The notes under the pieces: model-generated
What the model was told of the DNA's origin: nothing
The model's database searches: none
Seen by the model: the letters and a program-made list of their open reading frames with translations, nothing else
Program-made: the position numbers and the translations under genes
Shown: positions 32,583 to 44,095 of the stretch, one piece after another
Position numbering within the stretch: the stretch's first letter is position 1
Layout of the letters: the number at the start of each line of letters is the position of its first letter
Assembly: GCA_041277045.1 (NCBI GenBank)
Contig: JBGFSY010000002.1
Span: 348,041-412,040, forward strand
Source: Candidatus Reddybacter sp.
Lineage (GTDB): Bacteria; Pseudomonadota; Gammaproteobacteria; Pseudomonadales; Porticoccaceae
DNA length: 64,000 nucleotides
Direction: 5' to 3'

Positions 32583-33473
32583 ATGGCGAGTTTACGCAGC
32601 CAGATACTGGCGCCCATCATGCGAATGACGATGAAAAAAAAGCTGGGTAAAAGTGGTGACCCCGCGAAAGAGCGAGAATTTCTCGACAAAATGTCTGGCA
32701 TGACATCACGCCGCCCACTGGGTAAGTACGATGTGGTTGGCGGCGTGCCTGGTGAGTGGCAGCAGGCTACACTGGGCAGTAGCGATAATGTGATTTTGTA
32801 TTTGCACGGCGGTGCTTTTGTGATCGGCTCTCCGGCCAGTCATCGGGATATGGTCGGCGCTATCGCCGACGCGGCCCAGGCGCGAGCCTTTATCGTCGAT
32901 TATCGACTGGCACCCGAAACGCTCTTTCCGGGTGCGGTGGAGGATGCCGTTGCCGCCTATAAGGGGCTGTTGGCGAATGGTGAAAAAGCGGAAAAAATCA
33001 TTATCGCCGGTGACTCCGCCGGTGGTGGCCTGACTATGTCGACCCTGGTTGCCCTGCGCGATGAAGGTATTGAGCTACCTGCCGGTGCCGTTTGTATCTC
33101 CCCCTGGGCCGACCTGACCTTTACCGGTGACTCGATGATCGTTAAAGACAAGGTCGATGCGATGCTCAGCCGCGACAGCTTGTCGTGGTTTGCCGGGCTC
33201 TATTTGGCTGGGCAGGACGCGGCCGACCCCAAAGCCTCGCCTATCTTTGCCGACCTCAGTGGTCTACCTCCGCTGTTGATTCAGGTGGGCAGTAATGAGG
33301 TCTTGCTCGACGATGCCATTCGCCTCAATAAAGCGATGAAGAAGGCCGGTGGCGATGCCACTCTGGAAGTTTGGGATGGGCAGATGCATGTCTGGCATTT
33401 GATGGCGACCATTGTGCCCGAGGGTAAACATGCAGTGAATGTCATTGGTAGCTTTGTCAAAACCCACACTTGA
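32583..33473 (+). CDS. alpha/beta hydrolase fold-3 esterase/lipase (HSL family)
   Basis: Oxyanion HGGAF and nucleophile elbow GDSAGG. Confidence 0.8.
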   Translation: MASLRSQILAPIMRMTMKKKLGKSGDPAKEREFLDKMSGMTSRRPLGKYDVVGGVPGEWQQATLGSSDNVILYLHGGAFVIGSPASHRDMVGAIADAAQARAFIVDYRLAPETLFPGAVEDAVAAYKGLLANGEKAEKIIIAGDSAGGGLTMSTLVALRDEGIELPAGAVCISPWADLTFTGDSMIVKDKVDAMLSRDSLSWFAGLYLAGQDAADPKASPIFADLSGLPPLLIQVGSNEVLLDDAIRLNKAMKKAGGDATLEVWDGQMHVWHLMATIVPEGKHAVNVIGSFVKTHT

Positions 33474-33556
33474 TAGCCTTTGTGGGGGCGAGCTGCTCCT
33501 TGAGCTAGCCCCTAGTTCTCCACGTTCTCCATTTATTGTAAGCCTCGGAAAACCTG

Positions 33557-36178
33557 ATGCCCCCTAGTCTTTACCTGCTGGTTTTCGGCCTATCAACAGT
33601 GCTGTTCTTTTCTGCCTGTCTTATTTTAGGCTATGCCCTGCGCTTTTCATATCTACGTCAGGTTCGGGTTGTTGTCGCTATCGCGATGCTGCTGATGACT
33701 GTGCATCAGTTGATGGGTTTTGCGGGGGCCTGGGCACAACCAGCTGTCGATAGTGGGCAGCTGGTGATGGCTTTACTGGAGTTATCCGTCGCTATCCTGC
33801 TGGTTGTTGGACTCAGCCTGCGCATACCTGCGTTAAATGATTTGAGCGATCGTTTGGCCCTTGCCGAGGCTAATCAAAAAGCGTTGGCCGAAAGCGAGGA
33901 AAAGTACCGGGAGTTAATTGAAAGTACCGGTGCGGGTTATATTATTCTCGATGGGCAGGCCAACGTTATTGAGTGTAATGACGCTTATGTCAAGCTGATT
34001 GCCCGTAGCAGCCAAAGTGAGGTGATTGGGCACAACCTTGTTGAATGGGTGGATCAAACGGAAGCTGTAAATTATGTCGCCGACGAAATGTCCCTACACT
34101 CAGAAGGCGAGCTGAGAAAATACGACGCTATTAATTATCGCCGTCCCGATGGTAGCTCTGTTCCCGTCGAAATATATAGCCGCGGCAGACAGACTGATGA
34201 AGACTTGCGCATTGTTGCCCTGGTACGTGATGTCTCGGAGCGTGCAGCGGTGCACAAACAACTAGAGGCCAGTGAACGGCAGGCCTCGTTACTGTTCGAA
34301 AACTCACCGATTTCGACGGCAATTTTCGCCTCCGATGGCCAGTTTATTCGAGCCAATCAGGCCCACGATAAATTGTGGGGCATGGTGCTTGCTGATGTCG
34401 ACCCCGACTTTAATATTCTCAAGGATGCTCAAACCAATGAACTCATTGGCAAAGACACCCTGGCAGCCATTTTTGAGGGCGAGCACAGAGTATTAGAGCC
34501 CTTTATTTATCGGGCCAGTGAATTAATTGACCCAAGTGGGGCTGCGGTTAAGGGCGGGCGTGACAATACTATTCTACCGATGTTCTTTCCCCTGAAAGAT
34601 AGCGAGGGTGAGCTCGAGTCCATTGTGCAAATGCATATTGACTTGACGGAGCGGGTTGAGGCGGAACAAAAGCTGAGTGACAGGGAGCTTCTTTACCGCA
34701 CTCTAGTCGATAGTACCAACGATGGTTACGCCGTACTTGAGCCCGATGAAACAATTATCGATGCCAATGACGAATATGTGCGCCTTACCGGTCACGCGGA
34801 CTTATCGGAAATAAAGGGTCAGGTATCGCGGCAGTGGGTGAGTGGTGATATGGGCTTGGCAGAGCTTCAGCGTTTACTGAGCGCAGGAAGTAAGATCTCG
34901 GGTGTGCGCTGTGATTATGGCCTCCCTGGTGGCACGCTTATACCGGCAGAAGTCAGTGCCTCTTTAGTTGAGTCAGCAACGGGCCCTCAAGTGGTGGTGC
35001 TGGCCCGGGATATTAGCGAGCGCCTGGAGTCGGAGAGCCGCTTGCGCCAGGCACAAAAAATGGACGCTATAGGCAAGCTAACCGGTGGTGTGGCCCATGA
35101 TTTCAATAATTTATTGGGCGTTATCCTCGGTAATGCTGAGCTGGCTCTGGCTAACAAGCCGGCTCAGGGGGCATTGCGACGTTATTTAGGGGATATTCTC
35201 GATGCCGCCGAGCGCGGCGCCGATCTTACCCACCGCTTGCTGGCCTTCTCTCGGCAGACGCCCTTGGCACCGAAAGTGGTCGATATCAATGTCGCGATGG
35301 CTAATGCTTGCGCCCTGCTCCAGCGTCTAATTGGTGAGGACGTCGAGCTGGTTTTGGTCGAAACTAAGGCCATACCTAACTGTGAAGTTGACCCGAGTGA
35401 GTTGGAAAATGTCATCATTAATCTAGCCAATAATGCTCGAGATGCCATGCCCGGTGGTGGCAAATTGATTATCGAAGCTAAGCCCATGGCCTGTGTGCCG
35501 CACAACAAAATGGTCCGTGCCGGTGAGTTAGCTGCGGGGGATTATGTGGTGGTTTCGGTGAGTGATTCGGGGGAGGGTATAGGGCCTGAGATATTGCATC
35601 GCGTGACGGATCCCTTTTTCACCACCAAGGGTGTCGGTAAAGGTACGGGGCTGGGCTTGAGCATGGCCTATGGTTTTGCCAAACAGTCGAACGGGCATTT
35701 AAGTATTTACAGTGAGCCGGGAGAGGGCACGACGGTCAATATCTACCTGCCTGCTCACGCCGATGAGGCAGAAGTAAGCAGCGTTGATAGCGATGGCGCT
35801 GTGCTCCGGGGCAGTGAAAAAATACTGTTGGTTGAGGATGATCCTACGCTGGCGGCTCTGGCGCGTCATATGCTGGAGGATCTCGGCTACCGCGTGGAGG
35901 CGGCTGGTGATGTCGCTGAAGGGCTTGATCTTTATCGCCAGCACGGTGATTTCGACCTGCTGTTGACAGATATGATTTTACCCGGAGGGCGCAATGGTCG
36001 CGAGTTGGCTGAGGAGTTACTGGCCTTAAATCCCGAGTTGAAAGTGATGTATATGTCGGGTTATACCGAAAATGCCGTGCTTCACCATGGGCGGCTCGAT
36101 GAAGGTGTTGTGCTGCTACAAAAGCCCTTTCGAGTCTCCGAACTCTCGACTATGGTTCGCAAGGTTCTCGATGCTTGA
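33557..36178 (+). CDS. hybrid sensor histidine kinase/response regulator with multiple PAS domains
   Basis: N-terminal TM helices and three PAS-like blocks. H-box GGVAHDFNNLL, N/G boxes (NLANNARDAM, GTGLGLSM), and a C-terminal receiver (LLVEDD...DLLLTDMILPG). Confidence 0.85.
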   Translation: MPPSLYLLVFGLSTVLFFSACLILGYALRFSYLRQVRVVVAIAMLLMTVHQLMGFAGAWAQPAVDSGQLVMALLELSVAILLVVGLSLRIPALNDLSDRLALAEANQKALAESEEKYRELIESTGAGYIILDGQANVIECNDAYVKLIARSSQSEVIGHNLVEWVDQTEAVNYVADEMSLHSEGELRKYDAINYRRPDGSSVPVEIYSRGRQTDEDLRIVALVRDVSERAAVHKQLEASERQASLLFENSPISTAIFASDGQFIRANQAHDKLWGMVLADVDPDFNILKDAQTNELIGKDTLAAIFEGEHRVLEPFIYRASELIDPSGAAVKGGRDNTILPMFFPLKDSEGELESIVQMHIDLTERVEAEQKLSDRELLYRTLVDSTNDGYAVLEPDETIIDANDEYVRLTGHADLSEIKGQVSRQWVSGDMGLAELQRLLSAGSKISGVRCDYGLPGGTLIPAEVSASLVESATGPQVVVLARDISERLESESRLRQAQKMDAIGKLTGGVAHDFNNLLGVILGNAELALANKPAQGALRRYLGDILDAAERGADLTHRLLAFSRQTPLAPKVVDINVAMANACALLQRLIGEDVELVLVETKAIPNCEVDPSELENVIINLANNARDAMPGGGKLIIEAKPMACVPHNKMVRAGELAAGDYVVVSVSDSGEGIGPEILHRVTDPFFTTKGVGKGTGLGLSMAYGFAKQSNGHLSIYSEPGEGTTVNIYLPAHADEAEVSSVDSDGAVLRGSEKILLVEDDPTLAALARHMLEDLGYRVEAAGDVAEGLDLYRQHGDFDLLLTDMILPGGRNGRELAEELLALNPELKVMYMSGYTENAVLHHGRLDEGVVLLQKPFRVSELSTMVRKVLDA

Positions 36179-36596
36179 TTTGAAAGTTAAGCAGAGGCTA
36201 CTCACGTCGCGAAAAAAATAGTCAAAAATACCAGTCGAGCGATATACCTGAGGCAAAATAACCAGAGCTTAGCCAAGCTGTTGTCGAGCGAGCCCACAAC
36301 TGTGAGTGCCAGCATTGCAAGTTGCCCGCACAGTGGTTCGAAGGGGCTGGTAATAAAGCCTCAAAAATAAGCCCCTCATGGCCCAGTTGTGTCAATGCGG
36401 CCGATGGCTCATTCGGCGATGACCTGACCAGTAACAGTCACCGCAAACGGCTAGGTAATGAAAAGTGCAGCAGCATTATGCCCATAGCTGACATAGGAAC
36501 AGCCCTAGGTCTTGCCCGGGCCCGTTGTCGAGCCTAAACTGACGAGAAAAAACCATTGTTCGAGTATCAGCCCCAAAGCACTAAGCGCTTAATAGC

Positions 36597-37622
36597 CTAT
36601 TTGAATGAATCGCTTTCCATCCCAGCCCGGTACTCGCCGAGCATGGCGAGATGATTTAGACGTGCCCGCTGTAGCAGTGCGTTTTGTGCCGCTTGTCTAT
36701 TCTCAACCTTGCCCTGCCAGGCTTGTAGGGCGGGTTGTTGCAGGGCACGACCGTAGGAAATACTCAAGTGCCAGGGTACATTACCAGCTTGTTGGTTAAG
36801 CGCATTGAGGTTGGCGGTGGCTTCGAGAGGTTCTTGACCACCCGATAAAAAGTTAATACTCGGCACTGCTGCCGGTACGCTACGCTTTAATACTTTTAAT
36901 GTGGCATTGGCCACTTCGTCGGGTTCAGCTCGGCGTTGTTCTTTACCGGGTAAGACCATATTGGGTTTCAGTATCATCAGTTCAAGCACAACATGATGGC
37001 GAGCCAGTGCTTCAAATACTGCTTGTTGCACAGCCTCGGTGACTTCGCCATGGCGCTCGATATCGTGGCTGCCATCCATCAACACCTCCGGTTCAACGAT
37101 GGGCACCAGGCCCTCTGCCTGACAGACGGCAGCATAGCGGGCGAGCATTTCAGCATTGGCGGCAATACCGTTGTGGCTCGGTGCACCATTGTCGATGGCA
37201 TAGACTTCACGCCATTTGGCAAAGCGTGCGCCCTGGGCCTTGTACAGACGCAGGCGTTCTGCCAGCCCATCCAAGCCCTGAGTGATTAGATCACCCGGTG
37301 ACAGAGCGAGAGGGATTTTGCCCTTGTCGACCTTGATACCGGGCACAATCTTCTGCGTCCAAGCGGCCTTGGCAATGGTGGCCTGGGTATCAGTGTGCTG
37401 CTCAAGGCTTTCCTCAAAGAGGATAAGCCCGCTGATATACTCGCCCAGGCCCGGGGTGCTCACCAGTAAGCTGCGCCAGGTGCGGCGGTTTTCCAGGTTT
37501 GACTCAACATTGATGGCGGCGAAACGCTTGGCAATAGTCGGTGCACTTTCATCGGCGGCAAGAATGCCACGGCCTCTTTGCACCATCGCTGTAATCGTTG
37601 ATTCCAGTTCGGCTAAAGACAT
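36597..37622 (-). CDS. fba: class I fructose-bisphosphate aldolase
   Basis: GILAADESAPTIAKRF, VPGIKVDKG, Schiff-base Lys context LKPNMV, and C-terminal SISYGRALQ, the eukaryote-type class I pattern. Confidence 0.85.
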   Translation of the reverse strand: MSLAELESTITAMVQRGRGILAADESAPTIAKRFAAINVESNLENRRTWRSLLVSTPGLGEYISGLILFEESLEQHTDTQATIAKAAWTQKIVPGIKVDKGKIPLALSPGDLITQGLDGLAERLRLYKAQGARFAKWREVYAIDNGAPSHNGIAANAEMLARYAAVCQAEGLVPIVEPEVLMDGSHDIERHGEVTEAVQQAVFEALARHHVVLELMILKPNMVLPGKEQRRAEPDEVANATLKVLKRSVPAAVPSINFLSGGQEPLEATANLNALNQQAGNVPWHLSISYGRALQQPALQAWQGKVENRQAAQNALLQRARLNHLAMLGEYRAGMESDSFK

Positions 37623-37723
37623 ATTTACTCTCCTGTGACTTGTCCCTAAACAGTAAGCTAATACTCTCTATTAATGTACTCTAGCAGTTCAGGTAGCGTT
37701 GTAAATGACAAGGGGATGAGTAA

Positions 37724-39079
37724 ATGAAAATCACCTTTCTGGGGGGCACTGAAACGGTAACGGGGTCTAAATATTTGCTCGAGACAGCCAACACCAAAGT
37801 CTTGGTCGATTGCGGTTTGTATCAGGGTTACAAGTGGCTGCGTGAGCGCAACTGGCAAACCCTACCGCTGGATATTGATCAACTTGACGCCATTATTTTG
37901 ACCCACGCCCACCTCGACCACTCCGGTTATATTCCTGTTTTATACAGCAGGGGATTTCGGGGACCAGTGTTTACCCATTATGCGACCCGCGATTTGTGTG
38001 AGATTTTATTGCCCGACAGCGGCCATATTCAGGAAGAGGATGCGCGTTTCTACAGCAGGCACAAATTAAGTAAACACCAGCACCCGCTGCCCCTCTATGA
38101 TCGCGAGACCGCTGAACGCAGCATGGATTTGTTTTCGCCTCTGGCCTTTGAAGAGGTCTGCGAAATTGGCGATATACAATTTCACCTGCAAAGTGCCGGG
38201 CATATTCTTGGTGCCGCCAGTATAATTGTTGAAGCCGAGGGCAGGCGTGTTGGCTTTTCTGGCGATGTCGGTCGCCCTGACGATGTTTTTATGCGCCCAC
38301 CTCAGGATCTACCCGAGCTCGATTTATTATTGCTTGAATCAACCTACGGCAATCGCCGCCATGACAAGCAGGACGCTTTTCAGCAGCTTGCCGATGTGGT
38401 GACAGCAACGGCCAAAAATGGTGGTGCATTATTGATCCCCAGTTTTGCTGTCGGTCGAGCACAGGCTCTGCAGTTTATGCTCACGACATTGATGAAGGAT
38501 GGTCGTGTTCCTGAAATGCCTATTTATCTCGACAGCCCAATGGCGATAAATGTCTCGAATATTTATTACCGTTATACCGAGTTGCATCGCCTCAATCGCC
38601 AGCAGTGTGATGCCATGTGCAGCACTATTAACTTCGTTAATCATGTTGAAGAATCTAAAGCCCTGGCCGATATTCATTTCCCCCACATTATTATTGCCGG
38701 TAGTGGTATGGCTACCGGGGGCAGGATTCTCCATCACCTGAAATCCCGGTTGGCGGATCATCGCACCACCGTACTGTTTACCGGCTATCAGGCGGGGGGA
38801 ACCCGCGGCGCAAAGATGCTACAGGGTGTTGAGAGTGTCAAAATTCACGGCCAGTGGATACGTAATCGTGCACGTATAGAAGTCTTATCCGGTTTGTCCG
38901 GGCACGGCGATTATAGGGATATAAGCCGTTGGCTGGATCAATCGGGGCTGGCTCCACGAACCGCTATTCAACTGGTTCACGGCGACCCCGATGCACTGGA
39001 CGGCATGTGTGATCATCTGCGTCGCAGGACAAAATTTGATGTCACCATTGCGGGCTATCGAAAAATACTGGCCCTTTAA
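37724..39079 (+). CDS. MBL-fold metallo-hydrolase with beta-CASP / RNA-specificity domain
   Basis: HAHLDHSG motif, ESTYG, and C-terminal SGHGD, as in the beta-CASP RNase family. Confidence 0.8.
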   Translation: MKITFLGGTETVTGSKYLLETANTKVLVDCGLYQGYKWLRERNWQTLPLDIDQLDAIILTHAHLDHSGYIPVLYSRGFRGPVFTHYATRDLCEILLPDSGHIQEEDARFYSRHKLSKHQHPLPLYDRETAERSMDLFSPLAFEEVCEIGDIQFHLQSAGHILGAASIIVEAEGRRVGFSGDVGRPDDVFMRPPQDLPELDLLLLESTYGNRRHDKQDAFQQLADVVTATAKNGGALLIPSFAVGRAQALQFMLTTLMKDGRVPEMPIYLDSPMAINVSNIYYRYTELHRLNRQQCDAMCSTINFVNHVEESKALADIHFPHIIIAGSGMATGGRILHHLKSRLADHRTTVLFTGYQAGGTRGAKMLQGVESVKIHGQWIRNRARIEVLSGLSGHGDYRDISRWLDQSGLAPRTAIQLVHGDPDALDGMCDHLRRRTKFDVTIAGYRKILAL

Positions 39080-39125
39080 ACGGGGGTGTTTTTTTCTCAG
39101 TTAGCGGGCTGATTAATGAGGGTTG

Positions 39126-39959
39126 TTAATGAGTCTTGTTTATCGAATAGGTATCGACACTGGCTTTAAAGGGCTGCAGTAACATTTTATCGAGGGCAAG
39201 ATCACGCTCGGTGCGAAATGCAGTGATGCCGATGCTCATTTCCTGGTGTCCGGCTTTCGGTTGGGCGCAGTAGGTGCCAAACCAACGATCCCAAACGGCA
39301 AGGTTAAAACCGAAATTACTGTTGGCCTCCTGGGGGATGACCGAGTGGTGAACGCGGTGCATATCGGGGGTGACGATGACGCGGCGCAGCCAGTTATCCA
39401 GGCCCACTGGCAATCGGGCATTGGCATGATTAAACATCGCCAGGGAATTAAGCAGCACCTCGAATATTAATACGGCGACAGCGGGCGGCCCCAGTGCGGC
39501 GATAACGCTGAGTTTAATCACCATCGATAAAATAATTTCAAGGGGGTGAAAGCGCGCACCGGTAGTAACATCAAAGGCCAGATCAGCGTGATGCATGCGG
39601 TGTAAACGCCACAGTAGTGGCACCGCATGAAATAGTATGTGCTGCAAATAAATAGCCAGGTCGAGGCAAATAACGGCAAGTAAAGAGGCAGCCCACAGGG
39701 CTAAGTCAAATTGTTGTAACAGCCCCCAGCCTGCGGTCTCGCCCGCCAGCGCTAGAGCAACAGCCGTGGTGGGCATGACAACGCGCAGCAACAGGGTATT
39801 GAAGAGCACAATGCCGAGGTTGCCGGGCCAGCGTATGCGCCGTTTAATTTGCCCCGTGCGGCGTGGTGCCAGCACTTCCCAGCTGGCCATAAAAGCAAAA
39901 ATAGCAATAAAAAAACTCAGGCGAATTGTCACTTCATTGCCGAGCAAAAGTTCGTTCAT
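39126..39959 (-). CDS. sterol desaturase / fatty acid hydroxylase family membrane protein
   Basis: His boxes HILFH, HRMHH and HRVHH. Polytopic hydrophobic N-terminus. Confidence 0.75.
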   Translation of the reverse strand: MNELLLGNEVTIRLSFFIAIFAFMASWEVLAPRRTGQIKRRIRWPGNLGIVLFNTLLLRVVMPTTAVALALAGETAGWGLLQQFDLALWAASLLAVICLDLAIYLQHILFHAVPLLWRLHRMHHADLAFDVTTGARFHPLEIILSMVIKLSVIAALGPPAVAVLIFEVLLNSLAMFNHANARLPVGLDNWLRRVIVTPDMHRVHHSVIPQEANSNFGFNLAVWDRWFGTYCAQPKAGHQEMSIGITAFRTERDLALDKMLLQPFKASVDTYSINKTH

Positions 39960-39994
39960 GGTACTAAGCTCCTATATTTATAGACTATTGCTGA

Positions 39995-41766
39995 TTAGTG
40001 TTCGTGGGCAACCCCGGCGCCTGCTGGAATACGAATGTCATCGATCATATCCTGCACTTCAGCTGGCGGAGGAGGGGTGAGGCGGCTAACAATTATTGCC
40101 ACGGTGATATTTAAGGCCGCGCCAATCGTGCCAATACCCGTCGGTGAAATACCGAGGAACCAGTGCTCGGGATTATTTATTTCCGGTGCGATAAAATTAA
40201 AATAAATAATATAGGCCAGTGTGCTGCTCAAGCCAATCAACATGCCAGCCACAGCCCCCGAGCGATTAATGCGCTTGGAAAATATACCCATGACAATGGG
40301 GGGGAACAGCGAAGCGGCTGCCATGCCGAAAGCAAATGCGACCACCTGGGCGACAAAGGCCGGCGGATTAATGCCAAACCAGCCGGCGATAATAATAGCC
40401 ACAACGGCGGCGAGCCGGGCAAACAGCAGTTCTTTTTTATCGCTGATGTCGGGCATAAAAGTGCGCTTCATTAAGTCGTGAGCCACAGAGCTGGAAATAA
40501 CCAGTAATAAACCCGCCGCTGTCGATAGGGCTGCGGCGACCGCACCAGCGGCGACGAGGGCAATAACCCAGTTGGGTAGCTGGGCAATTTCCGGGTTGGC
40601 CATCACCATAATGTCGCGGTCGACGTAAATTTCATTGGCACTGCTGGTCAGTTCATTGCTAATCACCCGCTCACCATAAGTGCCCCGTGCCTCGGTAAAA
40701 ATAGGCTTAGTGGGATTAAATGCATGGCCCGGGCGGTACTGCATAATGCCGTCACCATTTTTGTCCTTCCAGGCTATAAGGCCGGTGTTCTCCCATTTTT
40801 CAATCCACGCGGGGGCTTCGCTGTAGGCGACTTCGTTGACGCTCTCGGTGAGGTTTAAGCGTGAAAATGCGGCTACGGCGGGGATGGTGGTGTACATGAT
40901 GCAGATAAAGGCCAGGGCATAACCCGCTGATTTACGCGCATCGGAGACCTTGGGCACGGTGAAAAAACGCACGATAACGTGGGGCAGACCGGCGGTGCCA
41001 ATCATTAATGCAGCGGCAATGGCCAGGGAGTCGATGGTGCTGCGGGTACCCGCAGTGTAGGTATTAAAGCCAAGCTCGGTGGTGACCTCATCGAGTTTTT
41101 GTAGCACACTGAGGCCTGAACCATCGTTGAGTTTATCCCCCAGGCCTAATTGTGGGATGGGGTTGTCGGTCCACATGATTGACATAAAAATAGCTGGCAC
41201 CATAAAAGCAAAAATCAGTACGCAGTACTGGGCGACCTGGGTATAGGTAATGCCTTTCATGCCGCCGAGTACGGCGTAACAAAAAACAATCGCCATGCCG
41301 ATCACCACGCCGGTTTCAATTTCCACTTCTAAAAAGCGTGAAAAAACGATGCCGACGCCGCGCATTTGTCCGGCAATATACGTGAAGGAAATAAAGATTA
41401 AACAGACAACGGCGACCACACGAGCGAGTTTGGAATAGTAGCGATCACCAATAAACTCGGGCACCGTAAAGCGGCCGAACTTGCGTAAATAGGGCGCTAA
41501 TAACAGGGCTAAAAGTACATAGCCCCCGGTCCAGCCGACTAAATAGACAGCACCATCACGCCCGGTAAAGGCGAGTATGCCGGCAACGGATAAAAACGAC
41601 GCAGCGCTCATCCAGTCGGCTGCAGTCGCCATGCCGTTGACGACGGGATGTACACCACCGCCAGCGACGTAGAATTCTTTAGTTGAACCAACCCGCGACC
41701 AAATGGCAATGCCGATATAAAGTGCGAAGGACAGACCGACGAAGATAAAACTCAGTGTTTGTGCGC

Positions 41767-41770
<4 letters not shown>
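39995..41770 (-). CDS. solute:sodium symporter (SSS) family large subunit, VC_2705/ActP-like
   Basis: About 13 TM helices, with SSS signatures (AADWMSAASFLS..., GGMKGITYTQVAQY). GTG start overlaps the small-subunit stop (GTGA). Confidence 0.85.
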
Positions 41771-42195
<425 letters not shown>

Positions 42196-42516
42196 TGTGT
42201 CCTCTTAAGGGCGTTATTTTCCTGATGCGCAAGGCTGGCAAGATGCCGTTGCTATGTCAACCAAAAGCGCTGTGTATACGTTGTTGAATGAAAGGGAAAT
42301 TGGACTTGATTGCACTTAGGTATTGGCTTGGATGGTGGCGTCCATTTTTAATCTGTTAAATTGATTGGTGACGGGGAAAACCTTATTATTCGCGCTCAAT
42401 TAGGGGGCTTACTAATTAAAGGTCGGTTTGTACATCGCGGCCTCGGCACTAAGAGATGCTTTTTCACTAAACAAAGATTGTCTGAGTTATTTTACATTGT
42501 TGTTATGGAGCTAAAT

Positions 42517-43164
42517 ATGGATAAAGTACTGATTATATGCCTTGCCATCGTACTGGGTGGCTGTATGTCGACCGACCCCTACACGGGTGAAGAGAAAACC
42601 AGTAATACAGCTAAGGGCGCCGGCATTGGCGCTATTACAGGTGCTTTGATCGGCATGGCTGTTTCCAGTAAGTCTGACCGTGGTAAGGGTGCATTGATTG
42701 GTGCTGCCGGTGGTGCTGCAATAGGTGGTGGCATCGGTTTTAGAATGGATAAGCAAGAGGCCGCACTACGTGCCAAGCTTGAAGGCACGGGCGTTCGGGT
42801 AATCCGTGAAGGTAATAATATTCGTCTGATTATGCCGGGGCATCTTACCTTCGATGTCGATCAGCATAACGTCAGGTCTCAATTTTACGGCACGCTCGAG
42901 TCCGTCGCTCTCGTACTGAAGGAGTTTACCAAGACCAATATTCGTATTGGCGGACATACTGATTCCACTGGTAGTGATAGTTATAACCAGACCCTTTCAG
43001 AGCGTAGGGCTGCTAGTGTTGGCCAGTTTTTAATGGCTCAAGGTGTTATGTCGGGACGTGTATCGACAACAGGTTACGGCAAGCGCTATCCCATTGCTGG
43101 CAATGACAGTGCTGCAGGTCGCCAGACGAACCGTCGCGTCGAGCTTGAACTGGTGTCGTTCTAA
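42517..43164 (+). CDS. OmpA-family lipoprotein (glycine-zipper + OmpA_C domain, YiaD-like)
   Basis: Start at ATG 42517 after GGAG. Lipobox IVLGGC, glycine zipper GAGIGAITGALIGMA, and OmpA_C GHTDSTGSDSYNQTLSERRAASV...NRRVELEL. The upstream part of the track ORF is rejected. Confidence 0.8.
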   Translation: MDKVLIICLAIVLGGCMSTDPYTGEEKTSNTAKGAGIGAITGALIGMAVSSKSDRGKGALIGAAGGAAIGGGIGFRMDKQEAALRAKLEGTGVRVIREGNNIRLIMPGHLTFDVDQHNVRSQFYGTLESVALVLKEFTKTNIRIGGHTDSTGSDSYNQTLSERRAASVGQFLMAQGVMSGRVSTTGYGKRYPIAGNDSAAGRQTNRRVELELVSF

Positions 43165-43201
43165 CTTTTTTCTATTAGCTTAATACTACGACCAAAGAGA
43201 G

Positions 43202-44047
43202 GTGCTGACTTTGCGAGTCGTATTAAGGTTCGATACGGGGTATCAGGTGGATGCCAAAGAATTGGGACAGTTACTAAAAATACCTCTTCTCAGCAGTGCT
43301 GAGCCTGCCCTGGCCAATACTGATTTTGAATTGCTACTGGGCAGTGAGGGTCTCTCGCTACGTGAACTTTCGGCTGAGTTGGTGCAAGGTAAGGCCCCGC
43401 ACCGGGCTAAGCCGAGAGGTAAAGTCAAAGATAAAGCTAAGGCCGACATCCGCTGCGATTTTATTGCTGGTGAGCTGCGCCATCGCCGTCTCTACGGTGG
43501 CGGTAAAAACCAGATGATTCTCAAGGCCACCGGCCTCAATAAGCACAAACCCTCAATAATGGATTTAACCGCTGGCCTGGGTCGCGACAGTTATGTGCTG
43601 GCCACCGCTGGGTCACAGGTGACAATGTTTGAGCGCCAGCCCGTTGTCGGTGCATTGCTGGCCGATGGCTTACGACGCTTACGTGCCGATGGTGATGAGC
43701 AGGAATTGGCCATTGCACAGCGCCTGTTTCTCCATCAGGGCGATAGTCTTGATTGTGCTGCGGCACTGGCTGAGCAAGCGGCACCGGACGTGATTTATCT
43801 CGACCCGATGTTCCCCGAGCGCGGTAAAACGGCGAAGGTCAAAAAGGCTATGGCTTTTTTTCATCACCTTGTGGGCAGTGATGATGATGCGGCCGCCTTG
43901 CTGCCCCTGGCACTGGCAACAGCACGCTACCGGGTTGTGGTTAAACGGCCACGCCATGCACCGCCCCTGGCGGATATGAAACCGGGCTTGTGTTTTGAAG
44001 GCAAGTCGACACGTTTTGATGTCTATCCCCTAAAGAAGATGCCTTAA
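43202..44047 (+). CDS. rsmJ: 16S rRNA (guanine1516-N2)-methyltransferase
   Basis: DLTAGLGRDSYVLATAGSQVTMFERQPVV..LL.DGL and DVIYLDPMFP are typical of RsmJ. The start codon is uncertain (GTG 43202 or TTG 43211). Confidence 0.8.
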   Translation: MLTLRVVLRFDTGYQVDAKELGQLLKIPLLSSAEPALANTDFELLLGSEGLSLRELSAELVQGKAPHRAKPRGKVKDKAKADIRCDFIAGELRHRRLYGGGKNQMILKATGLNKHKPSIMDLTAGLGRDSYVLATAGSQVTMFERQPVVGALLADGLRRLRADGDEQELAIAQRLFLHQGDSLDCAAALAEQAAPDVIYLDPMFPERGKTAKVKKAMAFFHHLVGSDDDAAALLPLALATARYRVVVKRPRHAPPLADMKPGLCFEGKSTRFDVYPLKKMP

Positions 44048-44095
44048 AGAAGATGCCCTAAAGAAAATAGCCTCGTAAAGGCCTGCTTTATTCTT

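Noticed and set aside
36179-36596. 418-bp gap between the hybrid kinase and fba, including the 71-aa ORF 36322..36537
   Set aside because: I translated all frames. The listed ORF starts at TTG without an SD and resembles no family. A minus-strand frame (…AWLSSGYFASGISLDWYF) has no usable start codon. No terminator, riboswitch-like or repeat structure stood out. I have left it as unexplained intergenic DNA rather than a feature.
42361-42516. N-terminal extension of the OmpA-lipoprotein ORF (track start at 42361). The same applies to 53607-53645 (rpsB), 54585-54611 (tsf), 20437-20466 (acyl-CoA synthetase) and 1647-1853 (response regulator).
   Set aside because: Internal start codons with proper SD sequences give N-termini that match the conserved family N-termini or signal peptides. 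The upstream extensions are non-homologous.
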